DNA of 64,000 nt from an uncultured Chitinophagaceae bacterium (GTDB lineage Bacteria; Bacteroidota; Bacteroidia; Chitinophagales; Chitinophagaceae): the NCBI GenBank assembly GCA_964544695.1, contig CAZJDB010000154.1:1095-65094 (forward strand), written 5' to 3'. A model generated the notes under the pieces. The model was not told the DNA's origin. It was given only the letters and a program-made list of their open reading frames with translations, and made no database searches. Each line of letters opens with the position of its first letter. The stretch's first letter is position 1. This document shows positions 38,043 through 49,327 of the stretch, piece after piece. The translations under genes were made by a program, and so were the position numbers.

Positions 38043-39761
38043 CTAGGGCAACCGATACACCGGATACCTGAGATACGCAGGCTCGAAATACACGGAGTGC
38101 TTGTACACATAATCCAATTGGGCGGCCCCATTCCCCGCGAAAGCCGGATCCGCCTTGCGCCTGTTTTCCAGTGAGTCCTGGAGCTCCGGATGTTCCTTCA
38201 GGTAAGCCCCCGCCACGTCTTCCAAACGATAGGCGCTGTAGCCCTCCTTTTCCTGCAGGATGGCGTCGAAGAAATTCCAGGAAAAATAGGAATCGTCTCC
38301 CGTAGGCTCCAGCATTTCCACGACGAAGCGGTCGGTCGCAAAGCCCATGGGCACCAGCACATCCCCTTTTCGGAAATGCAACGTTTGGGAGGAGACACTC
38401 ACCACGACATTCGTATTTCGGTGGTGTTTCTCATAAGCGCGCGGAGCTGCCTTATAACTGTCGATATGGTAGGCATCCACGGTGACCGTACTGTCGTGCT
38501 CCAGGCGCTGCATGGGTACGTTATTGATTGCCAGGAGATCGGTCACCGTGTGCCAGCCTTGGGGAATGAGGTAAGCCCTGGGCTTAGTCACGGAATCCTT
38601 TCCTATGAAATAATCGAAGAACTTGATTTCCTTTTCGAAGGGACGAGTATGGTCATAGTACAACCGGGGCAGCCCACTGACCTCGCTGGGTTTACGATCG
38701 GGTGTATATCCCTTAAAGTCCACGCTGTCCCAGCGTGACTTGTCGGCAGTCCACGACAGAGCGAAGCTATTGCTCGCCGCCACGCCTTTCCTGTCGGCGG
38801 CCCGGTTGGCAATGATGGCGGTGCCGTTTTTGGCCGCTTCCCGGATCATGATCTGGATGAGCCGGTACGTGGAATGTACCCTGTCCGCATAAGGCTTGAG
38901 CATATGCGTCTCGGGCATGAAGGACACGGTTTGGAAAAGGGCCGCATATCCGCTCGAATAACGGGGAGAATCGTAATAAGCGTCCCAACCTTTTTGCGGA
39001 TCCGCCTCTTCGAAATTCACGTAAGGTACCATCTGGTCCCCCGCTTCCTTCATGTCCTCAAACAGGGCAGGGAGGTATGTATCATGAAGAAAGCGGCCGG
39101 TTTCGCCTCCCAGCTTGCCTGGAATAGTCGCCAGGAGCGTCATCGTATGCTGGTAATCCGCCCCGTCGCTCACATGGTTATCGATCAGGATGTGTGGGTC
39201 GACGTAGTGAAATATGTAGGAAAAGCTTAGGGCATTGCGGCTATCGCACTTCGTGAAGTCCCGATTGAGGTCCAGGTTTTGGGCGTTCCCGCGGAACCCA
39301 TAGGCCAACGGCCCGTTCTGGTTGACCCGGGAATACGAACTCCGGTTCAGGGAGCCCCCGATATTGTACACAGGGATGATGGCGAGCCCGATATTGTCGG
39401 GGATGCGGACCTTTCCGGCCGCGATGTCCCTAAGGAGCATCATGGAAGCATCGATCCCATCGGGTTCCCCCGGGTGAATGCCGTTGTTGACCAGGATGAC
39501 CACCTTCCCCTTTTTATACCAGGCTTTAGGGTCGGCGCTGCCGTCGTTGCTATATAGTAGGAGGTGTAGGGGGTTTCCCGAATCCGTGGGGCCCATTGTC
39601 TTCAGATGCACCTTAGGATACTTGGCGGCCAGGGCTTTGTAATAGGCGATGCAACTGTCATACGTTGCGCTGGCAAGGCCTCCGGATTTTTCGAAGTTTG
39701 TAATCTGGGCACTCCCGTCCACTGTCAATAGAAGGGCTGCAATGGCAAGTAATTTTCTCAT
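38043..39761 (-). CDS. M14 family zinc carboxypeptidase-like exported protein
   Basis: GIHPGEPDG, NLDLNRDF, IDNHVSDG; signal peptide MRKLLAIAALL. Confidence 0.85.
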   Translation of the reverse strand: MRKLLAIAALLLTVDGSAQITNFEKSGGLASATYDSCIAYYKALAAKYPKVHLKTMGPTDSGNPLHLLLYSNDGSADPKAWYKKGKVVILVNNGIHPGEPDGIDASMMLLRDIAAGKVRIPDNIGLAIIPVYNIGGSLNRSSYSRVNQNGPLAYGFRGNAQNLDLNRDFTKCDSRNALSFSYIFHYVDPHILIDNHVSDGADYQHTMTLLATIPGKLGGETGRFLHDTYLPALFEDMKEAGDQMVPYVNFEEADPQKGWDAYYDSPRYSSGYAALFQTVSFMPETHMLKPYADRVHSTYRLIQIMIREAAKNGTAIIANRAADRKGVAASNSFALSWTADKSRWDSVDFKGYTPDRKPSEVSGLPRLYYDHTRPFEKEIKFFDYFIGKDSVTKPRAYLIPQGWHTVTDLLAINNVPMQRLEHDSTVTVDAYHIDSYKAAPRAYEKHHRNTNVVVSVSSQTLHFRKGDVLVPMGFATDRFVVEMLEPTGDDSYFSWNFFDAILQEKEGYSAYRLEDVAGAYLKEHPELQDSLENRRKADPAFAGNGAAQLDYVYKHSVYFEPAYLRYPVYRLP

Positions 39762-39809
39762 GTCATTTGTTTTTCGCGCCGCGCGCGCAGCGTCTCCCCC
39801 CATAGGGGC

Positions 39810-39840
39810 AAAATAAAAGTCCCGAAATTTCGGGACTTTA
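39810..39840 (-). terminator. Intrinsic terminator of rpsT
   Basis: AAAGTCCCGAA/TTCGGGACTTT stem with TTTTATTTT on the minus strand. Confidence 0.8.
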
Positions 39841-39904
39841 TCAATATCGTTGGACAACCTTTCCAGGAGCGGCAACCTCTATTTGGTCAGCGCACGCGCG
39901 CAGC

Positions 39905-40162
39905 CTACTTGGCCAGCGTGTTGATGCGCACGGTCAGCTTGCTCTTCAGGTTGGCGGCCTTGTTCTTGTGGATGATGCCGTTCTTGGCCATCTTATCGAT
40001 CATGGAGATCACCTCGGGCAGTTTCCCGGCAGCAGTGGCCTTCTCTGTAAGCGCCTTCAGGTCACGGATCGCGTTCCGGGTCGTTCTACCTTGGTAACGG
40101 TTTGCTTCCCTGCGTTTTGTAGCCTGACGGACGTCTTTTTTCGTTGCGGAATGATTTGCCAT
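39905..40162 (-). CDS. rpsT: 30S ribosomal protein S20
   Basis: MANHSATKK, IIHKNKAANLKSKL; TACCTTTG box at 40190-40197. Confidence 0.96.
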   Translation of the reverse strand: MANHSATKKDVRQATKRREANRYQGRTTRNAIRDLKALTEKATAAGKLPEVISMIDKMAKNGIIHKNKAANLKSKLTVRINTLAK

Positions 40163-40302
40163 GATTCGCTTTCGTTTGAATTAGGAGGGCAAAGGTAGGC
40201 CTTTTACCCTAAACAACCAATCTGCGGCCTCAAAATATTTTGACCGATATTTGCAGGGCAATTCGCCCGAAAATAAGTGCGAAGCTGCTGAATGACAATA
40301 TC

Positions 40303-43038
40303 ATGCAAGATTTTTCATATATCACGCATTCGGACCCATCCTATGTAGAAGGGCTGTACCAGGCCTATGCCAAAGATCCTCAAAGTATAGATCCGGAATT
40401 CAGGAAATTTTTCGAGGGGTTTGATTTTGCCCTTTCTTCAAATATCAATGCTAACGGGAACGGACATGCGCCCGCTCAGGGGAGCAAGCAACTGGAAAAG
40501 GAATTTGCCGTCTATCAGCTGATCTATATGTATCGAAAAAAGGGGCACCTCGTGGCCAATACCAATCCCATACGGGAAAGGAAGGACCGTCAGGCCAACC
40601 TCGAGTTGAAGAATTTCGGACTTAGTGATGCTGATTTGGACACCGAATTCGAAGCCGGGCACTTCGTCCGGTTGGGCAGAACCAGCCTTCGCAATATCCT
40701 GGCATTCCTCCAGCGCTGCTATACAGGCACCATCGGGATCGAGTTCACTTATATCAACAACCCGGAGCAGCTCGAATGGATGACCCGTGCGGCGGAACAG
40801 GACCTCCAGGAGCCCGTGCCCCTGGATCAGAAGCGGAGGATCCTGGAAAAGCTCAACGAGGGGGTCATTTTCGAGAAGTTCCTTCAAACGAAATACATCG
40901 GCCAAAAACGCTTTGGCCTGGAGGGAGGAGAAAGCACCATCCCAGCCATGGACGCCATCATCCACACGGCTTCCCAAAACGACGTCCAGGAAGTAGTGAT
41001 CGGCATGGCCCACCGGGGACGCCTGAACATCCTGGCCAACGTCATGGGCAAGACCTATGAGCAAATTTTCAGCGAATTCGAAGGGATCGTTCCCCTGGAC
41101 TCCACGATGGGAAGCGGAGACGTGAAATACCACCTGGGTTTCAGGGGGGAATACGTTTCCAAGGAAGGGAAAAAGGTGAACCTCCAATTGGCCCCCAACC
41201 CATCCCACCTGGAAGTGGTAGACCCGGTCGTGGCGGGCTTTTCCCGTTCCAAGGCCGACCTGCTGTACGAAAGCGACTTCGACAAGATACTACCCATCCT
41301 CATTCACGGAGACGCCGCGGTGGCCGGACAGGGGGTGATCTATGAATTGCTGCAGATGTGGGACCTGAGGGGATATTACGTGGGAGGCACCCTCCACTTC
41401 GTGATCAACAACCAAATCGGCTTTACCACGGACTTCGACGACGCACGCAGCTCCGACTATTGCACCTCCATCGCCTCGATGATCAAGGCCCCCGTGTTCC
41501 ACGTGAACGGCGACGACGCCGAAGCGGTGGTCAAGGCCGCCCAGGTGGCCACGCGCTTCCGCCAGAAATTCAACAAGGACATCTTCATCGATATGGTATG
41601 CTACCGGCGTCATGGCCACAACGAAGGCGACGAGCCCAAGTTTACCCAACCTCACCTGTACGCCCTGATCGACAAGCACCCCGATCCCCGCGAAATGTAT
41701 ACCCAGTTTTTGCTCAAGAACGGAGAATCGGACGCCCAGGCCCTCGCCAAGGAAGGGGAAAAGGAATACTGGAGCGAGCTCCAGCAACGCCTCGACGAGG
41801 TGAAGCAGCACCCCAGGTCCTATACCTACCAGAAGCCTGAACTGGAATGGCAGGAACTGCGGAAGTCTCAGCCTTCGGACTTTGAGCAATCTCCAGATAC
41901 GGGAGTTTCCGAAGACCAGTTCAAGGCCTTGTTTGCCGGGATCATGCAGTGGCCTTCCGATTTCAAGCCCCTGAGGAAGGTGGAAAAATTATTGCAGGAT
42001 AAAATTAAGCTATTCGAGACCGAAGGCAAGGTAGATTGGGCCACGGGAGAACTCATGGCCTATGCCAGCCTGTTGACCGAAGGCAAAGACGTACGCCTGA
42101 GCGGGGAAGACGTCAAAAGGGGGACCTTCTCCCACCGTCATGCCGTGATCTACGACGAGAATACGAATGCGGAATACAACCGCCTGGATCATCTCAAAGA
42201 TGATCAGGGTTCCTTCCGGATATACAATTCCCTGCTCAGCGAATTCGCCGTGCTGGGCTTCGAGTACGGATACGCCCTGGGAAGCCCCAATTCCCTGACC
42301 CTGTGGGAGGCCCAGTACGGGGACTTCGCCAACGGGGCGCAGACCGTCATCGACCAGTATGTCATGAGCGCGGAGCAGAAATGGACGACGATGAACGGGA
42401 TGGTGCTCCTGCTGCCACATGGTTATGAAGGCGCGGGCCCGGACCATTCCAGCGCGCGCATCGAGCGCTTCCTGCAGGGCTGTGCCGATTACAATATTGT
42501 CGTCACCAACATTACCACGGCGGCCAATTTCTTCCACGCCCTGAGGCGGCAGATCGCCTGGCCCTTCCGCAAACCCATGGTGAATTTCGCCCCCAAGGCC
42601 AACCTTCGTCATCCCGGCTCTTATTCCACCATGGACATGTTTATCCAGGGCGGGTTCCGGGAATTGCTGGACGATTCATTCGTGCGCAAGGAAGAGGTCA
42701 AAAAGGTGCTCCTTTGCTCGGGGAAAATTTATTTCGAACTCCTGGAAAGGCAACAAAAGGACAACCGCAGGGATGTGGCCGTGGTGCGCCTGGAACAATT
42801 GTACCCCCTGCCTTACCGTCAGTTGGAAGCTTTATATAAGCAGTACTCCAGGGCCACGTGGTTCTGGGTACAGGAAGAACCCCTCAACATGGGCGCGGCC
42901 AGCTTCCTGTGCATGAACCTGAAGGCCATTCCCTTCGGGGTGATCAGCCGCCAGGCCAGCGCCAGTACGGCGACGGGGTATGGGAAAGTGCACGCCAAGG
43001 AACAGGCCGAGATTATCGATACCGCGTTCACGATTTGA
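40303..43038 (+). CDS. sucA: 2-oxoglutarate dehydrogenase E1
   Basis: [49 protein letters not shown]. Confidence 0.97.
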   Translation: MQDFSYITHSDPSYVEGLYQAYAKDPQSIDPEFRKFFEGFDFALSSNINANGNGHAPAQGSKQLEKEFAVYQLIYMYRKKGHLVANTNPIRERKDRQANLELKNFGLSDADLDTEFEAGHFVRLGRTSLRNILAFLQRCYTGTIGIEFTYINNPEQLEWMTRAAEQDLQEPVPLDQKRRILEKLNEGVIFEKFLQTKYIGQKRFGLEGGESTIPAMDAIIHTASQNDVQEVVIGMAHRGRLNILANVMGKTYEQIFSEFEGIVPLDSTMGSGDVKYHLGFRGEYVSKEGKKVNLQLAPNPSHLEVVDPVVAGFSRSKADLLYESDFDKILPILIHGDAAVAGQGVIYELLQMWDLRGYYVGGTLHFVINNQIGFTTDFDDARSSDYCTSIASMIKAPVFHVNGDDAEAVVKAAQVATRFRQKFNKDIFIDMVCYRRHGHNEGDEPKFTQPHLYALIDKHPDPREMYTQFLLKNGESDAQALAKEGEKEYWSELQQRLDEVKQHPRSYTYQKPELEWQELRKSQPSDFEQSPDTGVSEDQFKALFAGIMQWPSDFKPLRKVEKLLQDKIKLFETEGKVDWATGELMAYASLLTEGKDVRLSGEDVKRGTFSHRHAVIYDENTNAEYNRLDHLKDDQGSFRIYNSLLSEFAVLGFEYGYALGSPNSLTLWEAQYGDFANGAQTVIDQYVMSAEQKWTTMNGMVLLLPHGYEGAGPDHSSARIERFLQGCADYNIVVTNITTAANFFHALRRQIAWPFRKPMVNFAPKANLRHPGSYSTMDMFIQGGFRELLDDSFVRKEEVKKVLLCSGKIYFELLERQQKDNRRDVAVVRLEQLYPLPYRQLEALYKQYSRATWFWVQEEPLNMGAASFLCMNLKAIPFGVISRQASASTATGYGKVHAKEQAEIIDTAFTI

Positions 43039-43055
43039 TCGAACACCAACTAATT

Positions 43056-44675
43056 ATGACCGATATTAAAGTCCCCAGCGTTGGGGAATCCATCAGCGAA
43101 GTAACATTGACGAAATGGGTGAAGGCCGCCGGTGCGTGGGTGGAAAGGGATGAAGCAATTGCCGAATTGGAATCAGAGAAAGCCACCTTCGAACTGAACG
43201 CTACCGAATCCGGCGTCTTGCAAACGCGCGCCGCCGAGGGAGATACCGTAAAGGTAGGCGCCGTCGTGGCCGCCATCGATGAGAAGGCAGCCCGGCCCGC
43301 CGCAACCGTCGCCGCGTCGTCCGCGCCCGCCCCCCCGCCCGCCCCCGCTGCGTCGCCCGCCCCTGCTGCCGCGTCGTCCGCAAAGAGCGCCGCCGCCGCC
43401 GCCCCCGCGCCCGCCGCCCCGGCCCCCGTAGCCGCAGGCAAAGGCGTCATCGACATGAAAGTCCCCACCGTGGGTGAATCTATCAATGAAGTCACCCTGG
43501 TTCGTTGGATCGCAGCCGATGGAGCCCTGGTCCAAAGGGATGAAGTCCTCTGCGAACTGGAAAGTGAAAAAGCCACCTTTGAACTGAACGCGGAAGAAAG
43601 CGGAAAGCTAATGCGTATCGCCAAGGAAGGGGACACCCTAAAGATCGGCGAGATAGTGGCGAAAATCGACACCAACGTCGCCGTCGCACCCGGCCCCGTA
43701 AATAAAGAAATCCCCGTGGAGGTTGAAATGCCCTACGTCCAGGCGCCACCCGCGACAGCGTCCACGGCACCCACGAACGGCGCAGCGGAAGCCGCCAAAT
43801 CCACCCCCCTGGCCGCCGCCATCATGGCCGACAAGAAAGTAAACCCCACCGAAATCGTACCGAGTGGCTATGGCGGACGCATCCTGAAACAAGACGTCAT
43901 GGAAGCCCTCAGCCACCCCGGCAAGAAACCGGGCCAAGAGCCAAATAGCCGCAACGAACGGAAGGAAAAGATGAGCAACCTCCGCAAGACGATAGCACGC
44001 AGGCTCGTGGAGGCGAAGAATACAACCGCCATGCTCACCACCTTCAACGAGGTGGATATGACGCGCATCAATGAGATCCGCGCGAAATTCAAGGACAAAT
44101 TCAAGGAAAAGCACGGGGTTGGTCTGGGCTTTATGAGCTTCTTTACCAAGGCCTGCTGCTTCGCCCTCCAGGAATGGCCCGCGGTCAACGCTTACATCGA
44201 TCAGGATTCCATCGTATACCACGATTATTGCGACATTTCCATAGCCGTCAGCACCCCCAAGGGACTCGTCGTCCCCGTCATCCGCAATGCCGAAAACCTG
44301 GGGATGGCGGAAATCGAGGCCAAGGTCATCGAGCTGGCAACCAAAGCAAGAGATGGTAAGCTAAGTATGGACGAGATGACGGGAGGGACCTTTACCATCA
44401 CCAACGGTGGCGTGTTCGGTTCCCTGATGTCCACCCCCATCATCAATCCGCCCCAGTCGGCCATCCTCGGGATGCACAAGATCCAGGAGCGGCCTATGGT
44501 CATCGGCGGCCAGGTGGTCGTCAGGCCCATGATGTACGTGGCGCTGAGCTACGACCATCGCGTCATCGATGGACGTGAATCGGTAAGCTTCCTGGTCCGC
44601 GTCAAGGAATTCCTGGAGAACCCCGACCTATTGCTGATCGGAAAGGACCCTGTGAAAACGTTGCTGGAGATATAG
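43056..44675 (+). CDS. sucB: Dihydrolipoamide succinyltransferase E2 with two lipoyl domains
   Basis: Two [13 protein letters not shown] lipoyl motifs; [23 protein letters not shown]. Confidence 0.96.
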   Translation: MTDIKVPSVGESISEVTLTKWVKAAGAWVERDEAIAELESEKATFELNATESGVLQTRAAEGDTVKVGAVVAAIDEKAARPAATVAASSAPAPPPAPAASPAPAAASSAKSAAAAAPAPAAPAPVAAGKGVIDMKVPTVGESINEVTLVRWIAADGALVQRDEVLCELESEKATFELNAEESGKLMRIAKEGDTLKIGEIVAKIDTNVAVAPGPVNKEIPVEVEMPYVQAPPATASTAPTNGAAEAAKSTPLAAAIMADKKVNPTEIVPSGYGGRILKQDVMEALSHPGKKPGQEPNSRNERKEKMSNLRKTIARRLVEAKNTTAMLTTFNEVDMTRINEIRAKFKDKFKEKHGVGLGFMSFFTKACCFALQEWPAVNAYIDQDSIVYHDYCDISIAVSTPKGLVVPVIRNAENLGMAEIEAKVIELATKARDGKLSMDEMTGGTFTITNGGVFGSLMSTPIINPPQSAILGMHKIQERPMVIGGQVVVRPMMYVALSYDHRVIDGRESVSFLVRVKEFLENPDLLLIGKDPVKTLLEI

Positions 44676-44954
44676 GGCGATCCCACCCAGGAGCACCAGG
44701 GGACAAAGCAGGTATGCCCAGGGGCCGACCCAGCCTTCCACTATTTGCATCGAAGGCTTTGGGCCCAATGTGATCGTCGCGGCCAAAATGCACACACCCA
44801 ATGCTACTAAGGCGAGGGTTTTCCTGCTACGCTTCCGTCGGGCGGCAGCCTCAACGACCTTCATAACTCTTTGCTCGAAATCGGGGCTATCCCATTCTGT
44901 CCGAAAGGCCGAAAGGAATTCGGCACCCAGGCGGTCCATGTCTTTTTCTTCCAT
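44628..44954 (-). CDS. Small 2-TM protein, putative anti-sigma factor
   Basis: SPDFEQRVM motif then two TM segments; start overlaps the ECF sigma stop. Confidence 0.65.
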   Translation of the reverse strand: MEEKDMDRLGAEFLSAFRTEWDSPDFEQRVMKVVEAAARRKRSRKTLALVALGVCILAATITLGPKPSMQIVEGWVGPWAYLLCPLVLLGGIALYLQQRFHRVLSDQQ

Positions 44955-45517
44955 CAGATCAGGTTTTGGAGGTTGAGCGCCGGGTCGGTGCCGAGGATGA
45001 AAAACATCTTCTTACGGGCCCGGTGCACCCTCATTTTGATAACATCCCTGGACAAATTAGTGATCTCTGCGATTTCTTCCAGGGAAAGTTCGTTCAGGTA
45101 ATACAGGGTCAACATCAGGCGGTCGTCCCCGTTCAGTTGTTCCATAGCTTGCCGGATGACCTTTTGCTGGTCTGCTTTGGATAGCTTCTTGTAAGCGGGG
45201 GCAAGGTCTTCACCGGGTTGTTCCGGGATCCGGTCCAGTTCGGTTTCGGGCCGGTCCAGGCGTTTTCGCCGGACGCGGTTGAGTGCAAGATTTACCACGA
45301 TCCGGTACAACCAGGTGGAAAACCGGGACTCCTCGCGGAAGCTGTTCAAAGACTGATAGGCTTTCAAAAAGGCATCCTGCACGACTTCTTCGGCATCCTC
45401 GCGGTTTCCCGTGATGGGGAAGGCAATCGAATACGCCATATCCTTATACATGCGGATGAAATAGGAAAAGCTTGCCACGTCTCCGGACAGGACCCGACGG
45501 ATGTAGAGGGCATCCAT
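44954..45517 (-). CDS. ECF sigma-70 factor
   Basis: DAEEVVQDAFLKAY, FSTWLYRIVVN (region 2); LSLEEIAEI..IKMRVHRAR (region 4). Confidence 0.94.
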   Translation of the reverse strand: MDALYIRRVLSGDVASFSYFIRMYKDMAYSIAFPITGNREDAEEVVQDAFLKAYQSLNSFREESRFSTWLYRIVVNLALNRVRRKRLDRPETELDRIPEQPGEDLAPAYKKLSKADQQKVIRQAMEQLNGDDRLMLTLYYLNELSLEEIAEITNLSRDVIKMRVHRARKKMFFILGTDPALNLQNLI

Positions 45518-45922
45518 CTAGGCGGCCTTTTTGGGTGGCCATATTGTCCTCACCACGTAATAGACCAACAGATCCAACCCACCGAAGAAAAACATCATGG
45601 CGGCGGAGACCTTTTCCCCCCGGATTCCCGTGATGTCGGTGGCCAGGGGACTCAGCAGTAGCCCCGTTCCCACCCCGAGCAGGAGAAGCCCCCAAAGGAG
45701 GGCGCCTTCTTTGAACCTTTTTACCGGCTTTTTATCTGCCAGTAGGGGATCCATGCCCTTTTCGATCAGCGCCAGCCTTTCCTTGTGCCTGGTTTCGGCC
45801 GCGTGCAGCTTTTGGCGCCCTTCCTCTTTAATGCTGTTGACTACTGCCGCAAGACCGATGCCGAGTCCTCCGGCTACAGCCACAAATCCTATTACTAAAC
45901 CGAATATGTCTTTTGTTTCCAT
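45518..45922 (-). CDS. DUF6249-like membrane protein
   Basis: RHKERLALIEKGMD motif; 3 TM segments; directly upstream of the ECF sigma gene. Confidence 0.8.
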   Translation of the reverse strand: METKDIFGLVIGFVAVAGGLGIGLAAVVNSIKEEGRQKLHAAETRHKERLALIEKGMDPLLADKKPVKRFKEGALLWGLLLLGVGTGLLLSPLATDITGIRGEKVSAAMMFFFGGLDLLVYYVVRTIWPPKKAA

Positions 45923-46011
45923 GTGAATGGTTTTGAGATTGGACACGGAGCGGAAAGTTTCGGTAACCGGAAGCTAACCCGAAACTCATAAAAAGTTTGG
46001 AAATTAGTGCC

Positions 46012-46779
46012 ATGCAGTACAATTACGACCTTCAAGGGCACCAGTATTCCAACATAAGGCGCACCGATCCGCGGATTGCCGCCCATATCCACGCGGCCCT
46101 GGGCCCTGCAAGAAGTGTTCTCAACATCGGCGCGGGGTCGGGTTCGTATGAGCCGGAAGACCGCTATGTGGTGGCGGTCGAACCTTCGGCCGTCATGCGC
46201 GCCCAAAGAATCAGGAATGGGAAAGCACCGGCTGTCATCGCCACGGCAGAGAAACTACCATTTGATGACGACGCATTCGAGACGGGGATGGCCCTCGTTA
46301 CGGTCCATCACTGGCCCGATTTGAAAGTAGGCCTGCGCGAACTTCGAAGGGTCGTCAGTGGACCCATTTGCATCCTGACCGGAGACCCCGATGCCCTTGA
46401 TAAATTCTGGAACGTGGAATATTTCCCCGAGGTAGTGGCTATCGAAAAAAGACGCTATCCCCCCGTGCAGAGTATTATCGATGCCCTTGGGGGCAAGGCG
46501 TCGGCGCAAATCCTACCCATCCCCCTCGATTGCGTGGATGGTTTCCAGGAAGCCTTTTACGGACGCCCCGAGGCTTTTTTGCAACCTGAAGTGAGGAAAG
46601 CCCAGTCTGCCTGGGGCTTTTTGCCCGAGGGTGCGGAAGAAATCATCGTGAAACGTCTGGAGGATGACCTGAAGTCCGGGGCCTGGGACCGGAAATACGG
46701 TCACTTCCGGCAGCAGCCTAATTTCATGGGCGCGATGTGCCTGATCGTGGGCCAGCCAAAACGACGCGCGAGGTCCTAA
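46012..46779 (+). CDS. Class I SAM-dependent methyltransferase
   Basis: VLNIGAGSGSYEP, VAVEPS, AEKLPFDD, VHHW. Confidence 0.88.
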   Translation: MQYNYDLQGHQYSNIRRTDPRIAAHIHAALGPARSVLNIGAGSGSYEPEDRYVVAVEPSAVMRAQRIRNGKAPAVIATAEKLPFDDDAFETGMALVTVHHWPDLKVGLRELRRVVSGPICILTGDPDALDKFWNVEYFPEVVAIEKRRYPPVQSIIDALGGKASAQILPIPLDCVDGFQEAFYGRPEAFLQPEVRKAQSAWGFLPEGAEEIIVKRLEDDLKSGAWDRKYGHFRQQPNFMGAMCLIVGQPKRRARS

Positions 46780-47303
46780 AGTAGTTTTTCCGCGACCTCC
46801 TTCCAATTATTCACGCGCTCATACGCCGTTTCCGCAACGTTGTGGTGCGCCGTATAGAGGTAGGTCTTTGCATCCTTGAGGTGGGTGAAATTCCGGGTCC
46901 GGTCATCGATCATCAGGTCGGTTTGCACCACGCTTTTGTCTCCGCAAAGACAATATTGTTTCCAGTTCAGGAAGGGGAAATACTCCCCCAGCCATTCCGT
47001 TTTATCCTTGAGGCTGTTGGGGAATTCCATGGCAGCGGAGACGATGAAGACCTTGTATTTCTGGTTGAGTTCACGGACGACCTCCACGGCATCGGGATAT
47101 ATCTCCAGGTGTCTGAAGAAGCCGGGGGTGTTCAGGAAGGTTTTGATCATCCCCGAATGCCCGGGAGGCACGGCGTTCCTGAACTCTTTTCCATGCAATT
47201 CCTCTTCGCTCAGGGCCACCCCGAATTCGCGTTCGTACCAGCGGTTGATTTCTTTGACGGTATCGGCCATGGTTTCATCCATGTCTATAGCTAATGACTT
47301 CAT
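46776..47303 (-). CDS. 5'(3')-deoxyribonucleotidase (NT5C, HAD family)
   Basis: IDMDETMAD, GFFRHL, K..WL..YFPF, MIDD. Confidence 0.88.
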   Translation of the reverse strand: MKSLAIDMDETMADTVKEINRWYEREFGVALSEEELHGKEFRNAVPPGHSGMIKTFLNTPGFFRHLEIYPDAVEVVRELNQKYKVFIVSAAMEFPNSLKDKTEWLGEYFPFLNWKQYCLCGDKSVVQTDLMIDDRTRNFTHLKDAKTYLYTAHHNVAETAYERVNNWKEVAEKLL

Positions 47304-47335
47304 AGGTCCGCAAAGTTCCATAATTTGTGGGATTT

Positions 47336-48475
47336 ATGAGCCGTTGGACGCATTACCTGGAGCGAGCCGGTGAAATACTGGAGACCTACCACGGAGAAAC
47401 ACCTTTACCCCCCGTGCTGAAAGCCTTTTTCAGAGAGCACCGGCAAATGGGCGCCACCGATCGCCGCTACGTGTCCGATTTGGTGTACGGTTACTACCGC
47501 CTGGGTCACGCCTACCGGGATATGGAAGTGCCCGAACGACTTTTGCTGGCCTACGCACTAACGCATCCGGGCCCTTCTCCATTGTTGGAAGCCCTGAGGG
47601 CGGAAAAAACCGTCCCGGACCCAAAGCCGGAATCAATTTTTCCCTGGCTTGACCATCTTTCCGAAGGTATCGATCCGATAAAATTCTCGCTCTCCCATCT
47701 GCACCAACCCGACGTGTATATCCGCATTCGTCCGGGCTTCGGCGCCGAAGTACGAAATGCCTTAAAGGACATTCCATTCCAGGAAGCCGGTCAGGAGGCC
47801 TTGCGCCTTCCCACCGGAACGGCCCTTCAGGATGTACTGCCCACTGAAAAAGCATACGTGGTCCAGGATTTGAGCTCCCAGCGCACGGAGACCCTGATCC
47901 GGAAAGCCTTGGAAGGGCAGGAAGCGCCCAGGGTATGGGATTGCTGCGCCGCCAGCGGTGGCAAGTCCATCCTGATCAAGGACCTCCTCTCCGCCGCCAA
48001 ACTAACGGTATCGGATATACGGGAATCGACCCTCCACAACCTGGAAAAACGATTCGCGGCGGCCGGCCTGCGGTACGAACGCGCCTTCGTGGCGGACCTC
48101 GCGCGCCCGGACGGAATGGCGGACCTCGCGCGCGTTCTGCCGGAGGCCGGCGAATTCGATGTCATTCTTGCCGACGTCCCCTGCACGGGATCGGGTACAT
48201 GGTCGCGCACCCCCGAACAATTATATTTTTTCAGGGAAGAAAAAATCACCGGCTACATGCGGCGCCAACAGGCTATCCTGAGGAACGTAGTCCAGGCGCT
48301 CAAACCCGGGGGATTTTTCCTGTTCGTCACGTGTTCGGTATTCGCGCTGGAAAACGAGCATAATGTGGGATTCCTGACGGAGTTAGGATTGGAAACCCAG
48401 GAACAACAGGTTTTCGCGGGATATGACCAACGGGCAGACACGCTCTTTGGTGCGCTATTGCGTAAGACAGTTTAG
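47336..48475 (+). CDS. RsmB/NOL1/Fmu-family RNA m5C methyltransferase
   Basis: VQDLSSQ, WDCCAASGGKS, DVPCTGSGTW, TCSVFALENE. Confidence 0.9.
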   Translation: MSRWTHYLERAGEILETYHGETPLPPVLKAFFREHRQMGATDRRYVSDLVYGYYRLGHAYRDMEVPERLLLAYALTHPGPSPLLEALRAEKTVPDPKPESIFPWLDHLSEGIDPIKFSLSHLHQPDVYIRIRPGFGAEVRNALKDIPFQEAGQEALRLPTGTALQDVLPTEKAYVVQDLSSQRTETLIRKALEGQEAPRVWDCCAASGGKSILIKDLLSAAKLTVSDIRESTLHNLEKRFAAAGLRYERAFVADLARPDGMADLARVLPEAGEFDVILADVPCTGSGTWSRTPEQLYFFREEKITGYMRRQQAILRNVVQALKPGGFFLFVTCSVFALENEHNVGFLTELGLETQEQQVFAGYDQRADTLFGALLRKTV

Positions 48476-49230
48476 TTGTGCCCCACCATCCACATCGTCA
48501 CCCCGAAGCCCTCATAGTACCCGGGCAGGTCGGGTGTGACCGGTTGGAAGTCCCAAAGGATGTATGATTTATACACGAGTCCGATCCCTGCACCGTACAC
48601 CTCAAGTCCGTAGGACTTATTGGCGAAAACGGAATCGCTGGGCAGGGGCAGATTCGTAGAATCGTTGGCTTCCTGGACCGTAATGCTGTTCGGGACGGTG
48701 ATCGACCCTATCTGGTAAGTCTGGCCGATATTGGCGTAGTTGAATTGCCAGAACTGCAGTGAGGACTGGGAGGTCAGTTCCCCATAGTAGGATTGATAAG
48801 GATCGTCACCCAGGTAGGCATTTCCATACCACGTCATATCGGTGGTGAATGGTTCGGTCAGCTTGATGAAGCGGAGGTTGTTTTCCACCAGTTCGATGTC
48901 CGTGGCGGTAGGCGTCACCGTATAGGTGATGTCGTCCTGCCAGGGATTTTGAAACAGCGTATCGGTAAGGTAGCGGTGAACCCGGTAAGTAAGGCGGCCC
49001 AGGTTATCGTACAGGGTATCGTCCACGGTATCTTTGGCCAGGTAACTGTTGGTTACCATGTTCTGCCCGAAATTCGTGAACACCAGGGAGTCCATCCGGT
49101 AAATGATGTACTTGCCTATAGAAAGGGGATAATAGGTACTTAGGGGAACAGTGGGATATGCCTCCTTTTTGTTACAGGCTGCCAGCATCAGCAGGGCCCC
49201 CAGGGCCAGACATCGGGTATGGATGCGCAT
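48472..49230 (-). CDS. Hypothetical lipoprotein
   Basis: Lipobox LAAC; YYPLSIGKYIIY; YGAGIGLVYK. Confidence 0.75.
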   Translation of the reverse strand: MRIHTRCLALGALLMLAACNKKEAYPTVPLSTYYPLSIGKYIIYRMDSLVFTNFGQNMVTNSYLAKDTVDDTLYDNLGRLTYRVHRYLTDTLFQNPWQDDITYTVTPTATDIELVENNLRFIKLTEPFTTDMTWYGNAYLGDDPYQSYYGELTSQSSLQFWQFNYANIGQTYQIGSITVPNSITVQEANDSTNLPLPSDSVFANKSYGLEVYGAGIGLVYKSYILWDFQPVTPDLPGYYEGFGVTMWMVGHN

Positions 49231-49327
49231 ATGCGGGTATTCAAGGATTTGGACGGATACTAAGGTACGACAAGGTTTCGGGATTTCACACCCCTTAACG
49301 GGTCGTTTATGACCGGGCCGCAGGCGC

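Noticed and set aside
43290..43440. GC-rich repeat-like tract, and a similar one at 55590-55670
   Set aside because: They encode the Ala/Pro linker of SucB and the tail of L25; not repeat elements
45939..45967. ECF autoregulatory promoter (GAAAC...GTCCAA, minus strand)
   Set aside because: The 12-nt spacing is shorter than typical ECF promoters; cannot be supported without orthologue alignment
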